A DNA stretch of 64,000 nucleotides from assembly GCA_976226885.1 (NCBI GenBank), contig OZ320319.1, forward strand, positions 78,368,001-78,432,000. The letters are read 5' to 3'. Positions within the stretch are counted from its first letter, which is position 1, and the number at the start of each line of letters is the position of its first letter. The position numbers and the translations under genes were made by a program. The DNA comes from Iphione sp. A-MEVVRFRX5. Taxonomy: Eukaryota. Below the pieces are notes generated by a model that was given only the letters and a program-made list of their open reading frames with translations, was not told the origin of the DNA and did no database searches. This document shows positions 12,586 through 24,302 of this stretch, one piece after another.

Positions 12586-12622
12586 CGACCTTGACTGACC
12601 CTGACTGACCCGGCCGTGACCT
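12586..12622 (-). promoter_or_regulatory. Tandem nuclear-receptor half-site array (DR5 + DR4)
   Basis: Plus strand CGACCT 12586-91, TGACCC 12596-601, TGACCC 12606-11, TGACCT 12617-22. On the minus strand this reads AGGTCA-n5-GGGTCA-n4-GGGTCA-n4-AGGTCG. Confidence 0.4.
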
Positions 12623-13358
12623 TTCGGCGGGGAATGGGGGTTAAGGGCGGCCCGGGGATGCGTCCTTTCAAACTGGGACAATCACCAAGGGGGTGTCTTG
12701 CCTATATCAATCAATGGTGATTCAAACTGTAATAACTGGCTTGACACGTCGGGTGGATTAGGGTAGATGGCCCACTTCCATGTTGCTACAAAGGGAAGAT
12801 TGCATTGGGTGGTAATAGTAGTTAATCATTAGTGGGCACCACATCTGATTAAGCTCGGGGACTCTTTACACGCGAGCCTGCTTATGGCGAAGGTTAACAC
12901 AATGACAGTTAAATGAGATTTGGTGGACGTTAATTAACTGGATACGTTCGCGTATCGCCGATGACGGTTTTCGATGTTTTTGCACGTGTTTACCTCGACT
13001 TCCTATTTCGATGTTTTTCGGTTCTGTTGTCTTGCCAATCATAACCGTCTGCAGGTCTCCTCCAGCTTCAGACAACAACAAGAATTAGGGACCCGGCCCC
13101 CCTTCCCTCCTTCCTCCCTATCCGCTGCGCCACTGCCAATCTGTCTAGCTACTTCTGTTGTTAACGAACCAGACTGTCTCGCTCTCTCTCTCAGTCTAAT
13201 GACAAAACAGAGCTGCTCGCTAATTGCTCGCAGTCGACGGCCCCGCCAAGGCTTGTCTTCAGCTGCCGTCCACGACGGCGCCAGATGCATTATACTCTCA
13301 CAGTCGGCGATAGAGGGGAGGGGGGGGAGGGTGCGGACTGCACTCAGAGACACAAGAT

Positions 13359-13486
13359 ATCAGCCAGAATCTGCCGGTAGGCAAGAACTGCCAGCTTCGC
13401 TTCTTGTTACTCTCAGAATGAAGATCAGCTAGAATCTGCTGGCAGGCAGGAACTGGAAGCTTTGCTTATAATGTTACTCTCAGAAT
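13359..13486. repeat. Diverged tandem duplication, ~65-bp period
   Basis: ATCAGC(C/T)AGAATCTGC...GTTACTCTCAGAAT at 13359 and 13424. Confidence 0.8.
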
Positions 13487-15520
13487 AATAATTTAAACAC
13501 CCAAACTCCCACTACACAAGATACCTCCCCCCCCTATATATAATAAGCCCGCCCCCCTGCCCAGCTCAATATCAAAACGCCACTCCATCGTGCATCTCAC
13601 CACCTCAAACCTCGGCCAAGGAGGTGACATCATGCCCTTCCAACCAACAACATGCACAATTGCTACATCACAGCCATCCCCATCCGTCCTATACAAAAAC
13701 CGTCCCTGTGCAATCTCCAGTCCATACCTCCAGGTTATTTACACGTACCTTCGATTTGGACCGACCACGCCCCCCCCCCCCCGACCGCCGGCTGCGGCCA
13801 GGCGTCAAGGGGCTAATGAGGGTACTACCTACATTTCTATATGCACATATTTCGGCCATTATATTCATGCATGCTGGGACAAAGGCAGCTGTAGGAGTCC
13901 GTCTGTACACGTAATCGCGTGCAACGCCTGCCCTGAGGAACATTGCATAAATACTAATGGGTACACTTAGTCAGCACCTCCTGGCCATTTCTCAGGCTTC
14001 TCTGGGTCAGCAGGCGACCTTAGGATGGCATTTCCCGCTGGGATTTTCAAAAACAATTTAAAATTTTATTATTTCCACCCCCCTCCCCCAACTACGTTTT
14101 ATCACGGCGCGACAAATCTGCCTCTCCAATCACAATGATGACCCCCCAACACCTGCGACATGTGTAAACTGATCACCGCGGCGGCGCTCGTTCAAAGAGA
14201 ACACTACACCCTAACGGTACCAAGAGAAATGTATGAGAGGAGGCCAAAATATCATCATCATGATAGCTACCCATTGAACGGAGCCTCTTATATATACAGT
14301 ATGCAGCTCTACAGGCTGGGGGCCATGTTTGTTCAAGGGTATACACATCTCTAAAGAGGACCCGGCTCCTCAAGACGACAATGAGCCTGGAGGTGGTGAC
14401 CGGCCATCTCCTCAATGACATCCATATCATTATGATTATTATCATATGGTGGCAATGGAGGCCCTGTCTTCATGAGGAGGTTGGTTCTGCCTGGAGGCGG
14501 GCGGGGGGGGGGGGGGGGTGGCACAGACCGCATCATCAGCCTGTGTATACACGCAGCCTGCAGTGAGTATGCAGTAATCATTGTAAACGGTCACCGTCCA
14601 AGCTCCCCCCCCCCCCGCCCCCCGGGGGATATCACAGCGACAGACCGCTCTAGCCCGCTTGAAAGGTCATATATAATCAGGCACACGAACAGACGTATCA
14701 TCATCTACCGCTCTTTAACAATTCAAATCAAGCGAGTCAAGGTGGCGGAGTTGACAGTCGCCTCTCCCTCAAGCCTGGTACCAGGTCGGAGGGGGGGGGG
14801 GATGTATCGCTGAGAGTATAGAGCGCGGTGTGAGAACGATTCAAAATATTGATAAGGTTGGAAGTTATTACGTGTACATGTACATATTCATGCCCTCGGT
14901 GCTACCGCTGTGGCCTGCATGATGTCACTCCGACAAACCGGAAAACCACTCTTTAAAACAGGAAAAGATAGCCTCATTTAAATGCAATATGTAACACGAC
15001 TGCATGGAATATGTTCTCTTATATTATCACAAAAAATATATACTTATCCTGTTCTAATCACGATCCTAATATAACACCAAGAAGATTACAACCACCAAAG
15101 TCAACAAGACAGGGCGTGGTTCCCTTCTGAGAATGGGTACTTTGTTTGCTGATATCCTCCTATTTACATCGGCTAACATCATACTGCTTATTGTCTATGT
15201 CTCAGGTAAAACAAACCTGGATATTCTGCCTTATTTCTGGCAACTGGAGATGCACTATCTGTCGAATACTAAGAGGACTGACTAAAAAAGGGCGTGCCCA
15301 CACCTGGGCGGCGGCTTAGCACCTTTGATGGATCTGGTTCACAGGTGAGAGAGAACCTGGCGCTCGCGACTGTTAAAGTAAAACGTACCACGGAACTTTC
15401 AACGAACCAAAGTTCGCGTGTACTCTATTGGCTTTGATAGATGTTGGGAAGACGAGGCGGTGTCACCTGTCATGCCCTGAGCGACCGTACAGGGACGAAC
15501 ATTTTGTATATATTTTTTAG

Positions 15521-15630
15521 GAGAACAGATTACACCCAAGACGTGTGGGAAATGATTTATACATGCATGTAATTGTTCTCGAACACTGCTGCTGACATTT
15601 CATGAGCTGCGTGCAGAATAGACAGAGCAG
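15521..15630 (+). ncRNA. Candidate non-coding spliced exon (lncRNA or UTR)
   Basis: Acceptor tatattttttAG at 15520/15521 and consensus donor CAG|GTAAGT at 15630/15631. 110 nt with a stop in all three frames. Confidence 0.3.
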
Positions 15631-18600
15631 GTAAGTCTACTTACTACGCTGCTGGAATAATATAAATGAGGTTTAAAAAAAGAAAGAAAGAAAGAAAGAT
15701 TTACGGAATAATTGCTGATATATCTTCCAGGGGATATACGCAATGAACCATGCTACATTTCGTCGTGCGTTACAGGCACTGAGATTCCAGATAGACAAAT
15801 ATGATCCGAAGGACTCCGCTTTTACGAAGAATATATATATGCATTTTCAGAATGTCTGCGGCATGACAACTGAAGTCTGCGTTGAAGGGGTGTTTGTAAG
15901 GTGCACGCTCCATCGAGGCAATGCTTTGCAAACGGCGTGATTCCGGTCACCGAAGCGCCCTGAACTGAGACACGTCCATCATGCCAGCCATCCATGCAGT
16001 GTCGTTTGAGCTTTTTGTGAGTTAGAAATTCTTGCGATACATAGGTGTATTCAACAGTTTCATATGCCTGCAGACTTATCGATCAGGAAACAACGTCCAA
16101 CAGGCTGCACTGTCTGCAATTTAACCCCTCCCCCCCACACACACACAAACACCTTTCTTACACAGAAATGTACGAGGCAAGCATTTTGTATACAAATCAT
16201 AATTACATGTACATCCAACGCAAACAGATCAACATTTGTTGCTGCGATCCCCTACGATTAAAGCACGTCTGAATGTGACGTACATTATCACTGTTCCAAA
16301 ATCGAGGCGCTATACATGTACATGTACTTTTCAAATGATTTTCTAGTGGTTCCTTGTCCTGGTCCCGTTCGGTTCAACAGTTTTCTTTTTCAAGGACAGG
16401 ATGATAAAATTTAATGACACGTTACCACGGCCAAGTTATTTATAAGTAATCTTCCCTTTACACTGGTGCCTTGACACGGTTCCTACTCTCTTTCCAGGCC
16501 CCCTATTCGGACCCCTGGTGGGGCCCCCTCGTGGTGACCCCTGGGGTCACCAGAGACGCACATGGAGGCGGCGAATGGTAGCNNNNNNNNNNNNNNNNNN
16601 NNNNNNNNNNNNNNNNNNNNNNNNNNNNNNNNNNNNNNNNNNNNNNNNNNNNNNNNNNNNNNNNNNNNNNNNNNNNNNNNNNNNNNNNNNNNNNNNNNNN
16701 NNNNNNNNNNNNNNNNNNNNNNNNNNNNNNNNNNNNNNNNNNNNNNNNNNNNNNNNNNNNNNNNNNNNNNNNNNNNNNNNNNNNNNNNNNNNNNNNNNNN
16801 NNNNNNNNNNNNNNNNNNNNNNNNNNNNNNNNNNNNNNNNNNNNNNNNNNNNNNNNNNNNNNNNNNNNNNNNNNNNNNNNNNNNNNNNNNNNNNNNNNNN
16901 NNNNNNNNNNNNNNNTACGGAGGCAGTAACTGTGGCCCTGTGCAGCATTGCTCCATACATCACCTTGGTTTGCAGGCCCAGATGGGAGGGGGGGGGGGTT
17001 GCAGCGTGCAGTCATGATGCTTCACAGGATGCGGGGTTATGGCTGACTATAGCTGGGCTGTGTGCGACTCGTTGCCCCTGCACAATGCCCTCACCTCCTG
17101 ACCCCAGGGGTGGGGGGAAAACCTGGTGCAGCATGTCTCACCTCAAGGTCAAACGTGATGAACCACAACTACACGAAAAATCAACTACAGCGTGCCATGG
17201 ACGGCTGCCCATGCTACCACCTTTCTGATTCAGTCGTCCCTCCACCACGAGCAGTATAATGATGAATAACCTACTCCTAGCCAGGCGGGGGAGGGGGGGG
17301 AGGGGGGTCAGAGTTGGTACGCCTGAGACCGGCGCTCAGGGATTCTCAGCAATGGTCATTTCTTACCAGAGGGGGGACCCACTGGATGCACAAACAAATA
17401 CATTCTGACGATGTTTAGATCCGCGCACGTTTCGTCAACCAAAGCCAAGCTAAATGAAAATAAGCCGAACGTCTGCCTACGCAGTCTATACAGGTTGTGG
17501 GCGCGGCCGCCTCTCCAATAGCTGACACAAGAAGTACATGTCCTAAACAGCGGCTTATTTGCCTGCAGCTCTACTGGCCCCTCAGCTCGTTTCCAACAAC
17601 AGGCCAGTTCCTGAATAGGTTTATTTTTTGGGTCCCGTGTGTTATTGCCCTCTGGTCTAGGAGTGAGCGGCGGGTGAAGCCCACATCCCTGTCGCCACGC
17701 TAACTTTTCCGACTTTTCTCTTTTTTTCCCCCCTTTTCTTTTGCCCTGGGTCTGAGCTTTTTTCTTCACAAGTCAATGTGACATTAACTTCCTCGCAGCC
17801 ATACTACCAGTTAGCCACATGAATCACTCCTTTGAACTTAGCCCTGCACATAAAAAAGGGGAAAAAAATCATGTCGGTACTGCATCTTCAAAAAAACGTG
17901 CCAGGGTTTCACACAAAAGTAGTCAAAAGGCTGGCCAGTGATTTGACTATACAGCGATAGCGACTCAAAGGAGTATAAACCAAAGCTCCTATACGCCCAA
18001 CCACCCCCAAACTATCTTCACCCCCCCCAAAAAAAATTAAAAATTGAGTCAATTAACGATAGTATTTCATGGGTGGCTGACTACTGGCCCTCCCCCGTGA
18101 ACTAAATGATGGATGTGGACGAGTGGGGTGGGGCCCGGACGACAGATTGGCCTGTGTAGACCAGGAGGATTCTTTTCCCCCCCCCCCTCCCTCGCGGGGG
18201 GAAGGCTACACAGCGCAGTCTTTGTTACATACTACTGTGTTACGTATATAACAGGTGGGAAAGTTCACAGTTAAGGCCATGGCATTAGCCCATCCACCGC
18301 GGGCTTAAATGTGGTGTCCCTTTGAGTCCTCTCCCCACGCATATCAACTCGAAACCAGCAGGTAGACATCACATGGGTTAGTTTCTGGTAACAGTTTCAG
18401 ATTCCTCTCCCCTCCCCCTCCCCCTCCCCCTCCCATCCTATCCCACCTACCAACACCTACCGTATCTATTACATATGAACCAAGTGGCAAAATTAAAGCC
18501 AACAGTAATTCAAGCTACCTCGACCAATCAGGTTTCTCGTAGCCTGGACAGTCGCTGCTCTCTGGCGCTTCTATTTATATCCGCAGATCCCTCTCTTTAT

Positions 18601-19522
18601 GACCGTGTGAAGCGAACTCGTCTCTGTATCTCATGTAGTTCTACATAACAGATGATCAGAAAGGCACTCCTGAATTCCAAAGAGCATCATACCTATTACA
18701 TATTATCATGAGCCCCCCCTCCCCCCCCCCATTTGGGAAATGGTTACCCGGGCACACACCATCAGCAGAATATGTTGACAGAATTACAGATTAAAACGAA
18801 TCCAACTTGTTAAAAAAAAAAAAAAAGACTGAGCAGTTCATCAACAGAATTATTGGTCCACCACGAGAGTGGAGAATATTACAAATTGTATCAGGTGTTT
18901 TTTTATGCTGGATTCATATGCAGCTGAATTTCTGTTCGATAGTTGTCATGGAAACCAACTGTTCATCAACGGACCTTTTTAAAAAGGTCACACAGGATTA
19001 ACATGATCAACAGTGTTGAATAAGATCAAGATTACAACGACCGCATGAATGCATGAAACCAAACGGCATTATTATTCCTTATGAAAATGAGAATGCATGT
19101 CAACATAACATCGAAGCGAGTTTCGATTTCCAAATAAATACATACACTATTGCGGGTATGGCATCACATACCTTTTTATCTTCAATTTTCCTGAAATCTC
19201 CTTTCGATTTTCCCGAAAGCAATCCTGTTCGAATTTCTTCATGACATGACTTCTCATTCTTCAGACGAAATTCCAAAGTGGAACGAGGAGTAGATCGTAC
19301 AAAAAAACACACTAACAGGGATGATGTCTTCCTGGCGTAAGGTCGTCTAGGAAATGGACCTGTAGTACGTCTTGCGTATGCATGTCGAGCCGCAGGGCCG
19401 TGTGTGTGTACGTAATGACATTTCCATACGCCGCTTCTAATATATCGGACATTTCCAAGTAAATGTCTGCATGGACTCGAATATAGACAGACTGCCCGCA
19501 GGTTGGCTACATCATTAAACGT

Positions 19523-19682
19523 CCCGCCCGGCGGCCGAAAGCCGAACCAATCGAGCTGCCCGCGCCCGGAGAGGCCAAGCAGCAGAGGCCCTCCCCGTCC
19601 TGGCTGTGAAGTCAGTTGGAACAGGTCGAGGCGACGCAGTAAATATATAAAATGCTCGTGGATGTCCTGCGGGGGTTTCAGT
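19523..19682 (+). promoter_or_regulatory. Candidate Pol II core promoter (GC box, CCAAT, TATA, Inr)
   Basis: CCCGCCC 19523-29, CCAAT 19547-51, TATATAAAA 19644-52, TCAGT 19678-82. TATA-Inr spacing is slightly longer than canonical. Confidence 0.35.
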
Positions 19683-19915
19683 AGTTGACGAGTGACAAGT
19701 GAAAAGGCTGTGCCAGTGCTTGGAGGTTGTTGCTGCGACCTTCCTGTCTGAATACCGATACTTATAAGCTGGCTACACGGTTACTACATGTACACGACCT
19801 GGCTCCTGTGTGAGATGCGGGCACGACGTATACGTACCCCAAAGAGTGTCAGCTCAGGCTTTCGAGTTTTACCTCGCTCAGCACCCTCCCCCTCCCTCGC
19901 CTTGGTTACCTGCAG

Positions 19916-20146
19916 GAGGAGCGAGGGATGGGCCTGCCTAGCGACAACAGCTCCAGTGGCAACACAACTGTGTGGTCCCCCACCTCCATCTGGTCTGATC
20001 CCTGTATGCTTCAATCTCCACTGTGCACACCCACCCCTCCCCCTCGTGTACGGCCCGCCAGCCGCCCCACTCCCACACGGCCTAATGTTTCTGACCCTGA
20101 GGTCGCCCGGGTGGCGGGCGGGGGGAGGGACCCTGCTCTCAGCCAG
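19916..20146 (+). CDS. Candidate coding exon (EERGMGLPSDNSSSGNTTVWSPTSIW...DPEVARVAGGGRDPALSQ), unknown product
   Basis: Pyrimidine-rich acceptor ttacctgcAG at 19915/19916 and donor CAG|GTGAGT at 20146/20147. 231 nt, open in phase 0, ATG at 19928 in gggATGG context. Confidence 0.35.
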
Positions 20147-21092
20147 GTGAGTTGCCCTCTGACCTATGACCCGGAGAGGGGGGTCACGCGAGGGAGGCGC
20201 CNNNNNNNNNNNNNNNNNNNNNNNNNNNNNNNNNNNNNNNNNNNNNNNNNNNNNNNNNNNNNNNNNNNNNNNNNNNNNNNNNNNNNNNNNNNNNNNNNNN
20301 NNNNNNNNNNNNNNNNNNNNNNNNNNNNNNNGAATGTCCCGGGATGGCCTGGCTCTGCTCGTTGCATTGACTGCACTGCCGGAATGGAGCGATGATGGCT
20401 GATGATCTATCCAGTGGAGCGCAATGACAGGCGTGCGAGTATAAATCCTTTTTTGGAAGGACAAGGACGAACAGTCGACCATGCATGAATCACTTCCACC
20501 AGGAGACGGACCCCGCGGCCTTGTGGTGGTCGCGATACGTATACCCTTCAAACACTTATTGTTATGCGCTCAGCCTCTCAGCGCCCCTTGCTGCATGAGT
20601 GTGTGTCCTGGTGTGCCCCGGGGACGACGACGAGGGGCGTCCTGGAAAGTGCGGTCTGCTTCCCCACCCGCTGCAAGAAGAGCCCCCGTCTCATACTCCT
20701 CGTGACAGCCTCCGTCCTTGACGACGACGACGACGCTCTGACCGGCCCGTATGGCTCTATTACAGATCTCCGGCCGGGGGGGGGGGGGGGGGGCGGTATT
20801 GTACTTCGCGGAGGTGGCGGCGGTGGTGGTGGTGGCGGCGGTGGTGGTGGTACATACTTGAATCCTGATGAGCTAAGCCATCCCTCCCCCCGTTCATCAC
20901 AGCCGTGAGGTGATCCGCACCATGGCTCCCAGCACACTCTGTAGTAGTACTCCGGCCGGCTGCATGGGACGTGACGGTATAGACGGAATGCTGAAGTATA
21001 TACCACGACTCCAACACACCGGGGCCACGCGCCGGGCCGTCCCTTCTTCCTTCTATACGCTCGCCTCTTTTCTCACCTGACCAGGTGTATAG

Positions 21093-21277
21093 TTCGCTGG
21101 GGGCCGGGCCGGCGACGACGACGACGACGACGAACGCCCCCCTCCTCTCGCTCTGATCGACGATGACAGCCAAGACCCAGAGGTGGCGCTGACGGTGTTA
21201 CACCACGTGATTTTGTCCACGCGACAAGTGAATAGAAACACTGAGGAGCAAGCGCTGATCACGTGCAGTGCGGACAG
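21093..21277 (+). CDS. Candidate coding exon (FAGGRAGDDDDDDERPPPLALIDDDSQDPEVALTVLHHVILSTRQVNRNTEEQALITCSADR), unknown product
   Basis: Long pyrimidine tract 21041-21077 with AGs at 21084 and 21092; donor CAG|GTAAAG at 21277/21278. Phase 0 start is compatible with the exon ending at 20146. The upstream CAG gives a frame with an early stop. Confidence 0.3.
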
Positions 21278-22020
21278 GTAAAGAGACAGGCCGCGGGACA
21301 GACACCAGGACAGCTAGCAGACGACATTTGTCTCTACTGCTGCTGTCAGTCGCTCGAGATCACGCCGGCGCGGTCAACTGCGACCAACGGGCAGTATGGC
21401 TGGAAACGGAAGGTATAAATGTTCCCGCATTAGTGATAAAAAAAACACCTGTGCAGACCTATAATACATGCACATGGAAATATGATAAGGAACAACACTT
21501 AGTCGCAGACAACCATCATGTATGATACGACCGCCTCCTTCCCTTCCCCCTCCTCGTAAATCGACCGTTCGACCTGTTGTATCAAAGAGCAGGCTTACTA
21601 TTGTCGATACTGCCGTCGCCTGCTGGTGCTTCACCGACGACTGGAGTCAGTTTTAAAAAAAAAAAACACTTCTCACGGAACCTACCTCTGCCAGTCTCTT
21701 GGAGGCTACTCCCCCCTCTCCTCCCCCGGTGTTGATAAGTTAACGGGGGTTGGGAGGGATGAGGGAGGTGTTTGAGTGTTATCTGTCCACGTGGAGGCAC
21801 AAGTCTACTGTGGAGCACCACAATCCCAGTAGAATAAGCTGCTTAGGCGCGACTCGCTGATAACTGATGGACTACCAAACAATCACCTCTCGTCGTCGTG
21901 TGGACTCATCCATCTGTACATTGTATGGTGAAGGGGGGAGGGGGGGGGGACGAGCACGGAAGCGAATAAACAAGAGGGGTGGTGGGGTGGGGGAAAGAGA
22001 AGTGAAGAGGGGAGGTAAAC

Positions 22021-22156
22021 AGAGACAGAGACAGAGAGGGAAAGACAAAGACAGACAGACAGACAGACAGGGAAGACAGAGACAGACAGACAGACAGACA
22101 GACAGGCAGATAGACAGACAGACAGACAGAAAGACAGGTGAACACAGAGACAGACA
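22021..22156. repeat. (AGAC)n compound microsatellite
   Basis: Direct reading. Confidence 0.9.
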
Positions 22157-22411
22157 GGCATGTATTTACATAAATATCACAGCAGATGGGCAGGTCATTA
22201 ACGGTGATCTATACTAATCCACTGCATTTACTAATACTCTGGCATAACACATGGTCTTCCTTTTCGCGAACATATCGACGGGAATGAACATGTGTTATCA
22301 TCCTCCCAAACAGACAAGAGTGTGGACCTGTGAGGTCTATTGTCCCCCGCCATCAACTGCCCATAAAGATGGGGGGGGGGGGGAGAAGGAGAGAGAAAGA
22401 GAGAGAAAAAA

Positions 22412-22446
<35 letters not shown>

Positions 22447-22534
22447 AGTGTCTCTCTCTCCTTACAACCACCTTGATTGGCAGCTTGTTTTAGGGGTAGT
22501 TGGCTAGACTTGTAAGTCCTTCAGGTTTACAACT

Positions 22535-22915
22535 CTCGGTTCTGCTTGACCAGGCACAGCCCCCTCGGTTCTGCCTCACTGAGCACCAGACTGCTACAAA
22601 CCCTCGGTTCTGCATGACTGAGCACTGAGTGTGTATGTATGTGCATTGTCAGACCTAGGAACCCCTGAACCAGGTATGTATGTTTGTAGGTGTGTTAGGA
22701 AAAGAGTAAAATTGGCATAATTTCACCTTCAAAATATTTGAATTACTACCAAAATTACCCAGTGCCATGGGGCCATATATACCAATATCATATATTGAAA
22801 TCAGTTTTTTTGAGTGAAGAGTTCAAGACTTATAAGACCCACAAGAGTGTGACGGATGGTCGGGACACCAGCTGGCAGCATTCCTAATGTCCCCCCCTCT
22901 ATGAGGCGGGGGACA
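22535..22915 (+). mobile_element. Probable non-autonomous element (Helentron/HINE-like) with subterminal repeats and 3' hairpin
   Basis: Three CTCGGTTCTGC repeats (~22535, 22564, 22603). Hairpin TGTCCCCC-CCTC-tat-GAGG-c-GGGGGACA 22888-22915, preceded by GACGGATGG. Family assignment is by resemblance only. Confidence 0.35.
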
Positions 22916-24086
22916 AACATGAGATATCGTTCAGGAACGTCTTCATGTGATATCGACGGTGCTATATAAATCTCACCGGGACGATTGACTGTAATCACAC
23001 ATGACTATACCCCTCATATTATAACAAGAATCGGGAGACATCAATAACAAGGGTCTGCAGCCCTAACCGAGACACTACACAGATGTAAAAGGGGGACCTC
23101 TTTTACTCTGCTTACATGGCAATTCGACTGTCGTCTTGACTAGGTTATCAGTGGCCTGCATGCCCCGAGCTGCTGGTTTGGCGTGTGTCACACGCTGTAA
23201 TTTCATCGCGTCACCTGGCTCACTACCAGCCTATCAAGGGGAGTTGGGGGGATGGGGGATGGGGGGGGGTGGCCTCTGGAGATCCCGGCCCAGCCTCGGA
23301 AAGTGACCTGCCTCGACTCTTTAGGCGTCCGTGCGCCTGTCCAAACAAGCGGCCACCGCCTACTTCGGTCGTGTCCCCTTCCCACTCACAGACTCGTTCG
23401 CCGGTGTGTCTGGAGAACGTCCAAGGCCTTGCCAGACTGTCCGCGTACGTCCTACTCATCCTTCCCTCGTTGTGCTGGACAAGCTCCAAATAAATACCCA
23501 TGAAAAGTCCCACCGTCAAAAAAGGGAGAGCCTACAGCAGGCGCTTTCCACTTCTCCCATCTAGGTGGATGTGTTTTATCCTATACTCTTTGCTAATTCA
23601 TGATGTTTTATCGAGGATTTTGCCTGAATGTCCTTTAGTCATCGAGGTGGCAATCACAACTTTTCCCGGCAGTATTGCCTACAATTTTTTTCTTTTTCTT
23701 TTCTTTTTTTTATTTTTTAGATAGGTTGTCAAGTAATTTAAAAGCGCCATTGGCTTACAGACGTGTAAATGAAAAATCCGGTCAGCCAGGAGTCATCTTC
23801 ACCTTTAAACTGATATGCAACCAGGTTCGCGCGTGTTGATGAGTGTGTGAGTGTGTGGGTTTGTGTATATTTGTATCAGAGAATGAGGAAAGACCATTAT
23901 TAGTAGAGGCGTGCATGTTGGTGTGCGTTGTATATTGTGTTACATGGATTGTGCGTTGTTTGTGGGTATCAAGTGTACCATCTGCATACATCGTGTATGT
24001 ATATATAGAGACGTACGTATGTATATTCTCATATATATATAGAGAGAGAGGGAGAGAGAGAGATATGCGTAGTGATGTTTGCATGA

Positions 24087-24118
<32 letters not shown>

Positions 24119-24256
24119 ATAGAGGTACGTGTATGCATATTTACTGTGAGTGTGAGGATAAAGGTAGTGGGACTCTTGATGGCCGGTAGCCAATATTCTG
24201 CCCACAGTCATACACTAAAAAGTTTCGTAATGTGGTACCGCCCGAGGCCATGTTAT

Positions 24257-24259
<3 letters not shown>

Positions 24260-24298
<39 letters not shown>
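24260..24298. repeat. (TA)n microsatellite
   Basis: Direct reading. Confidence 0.95.
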
Positions 24299-24302
<4 letters not shown>

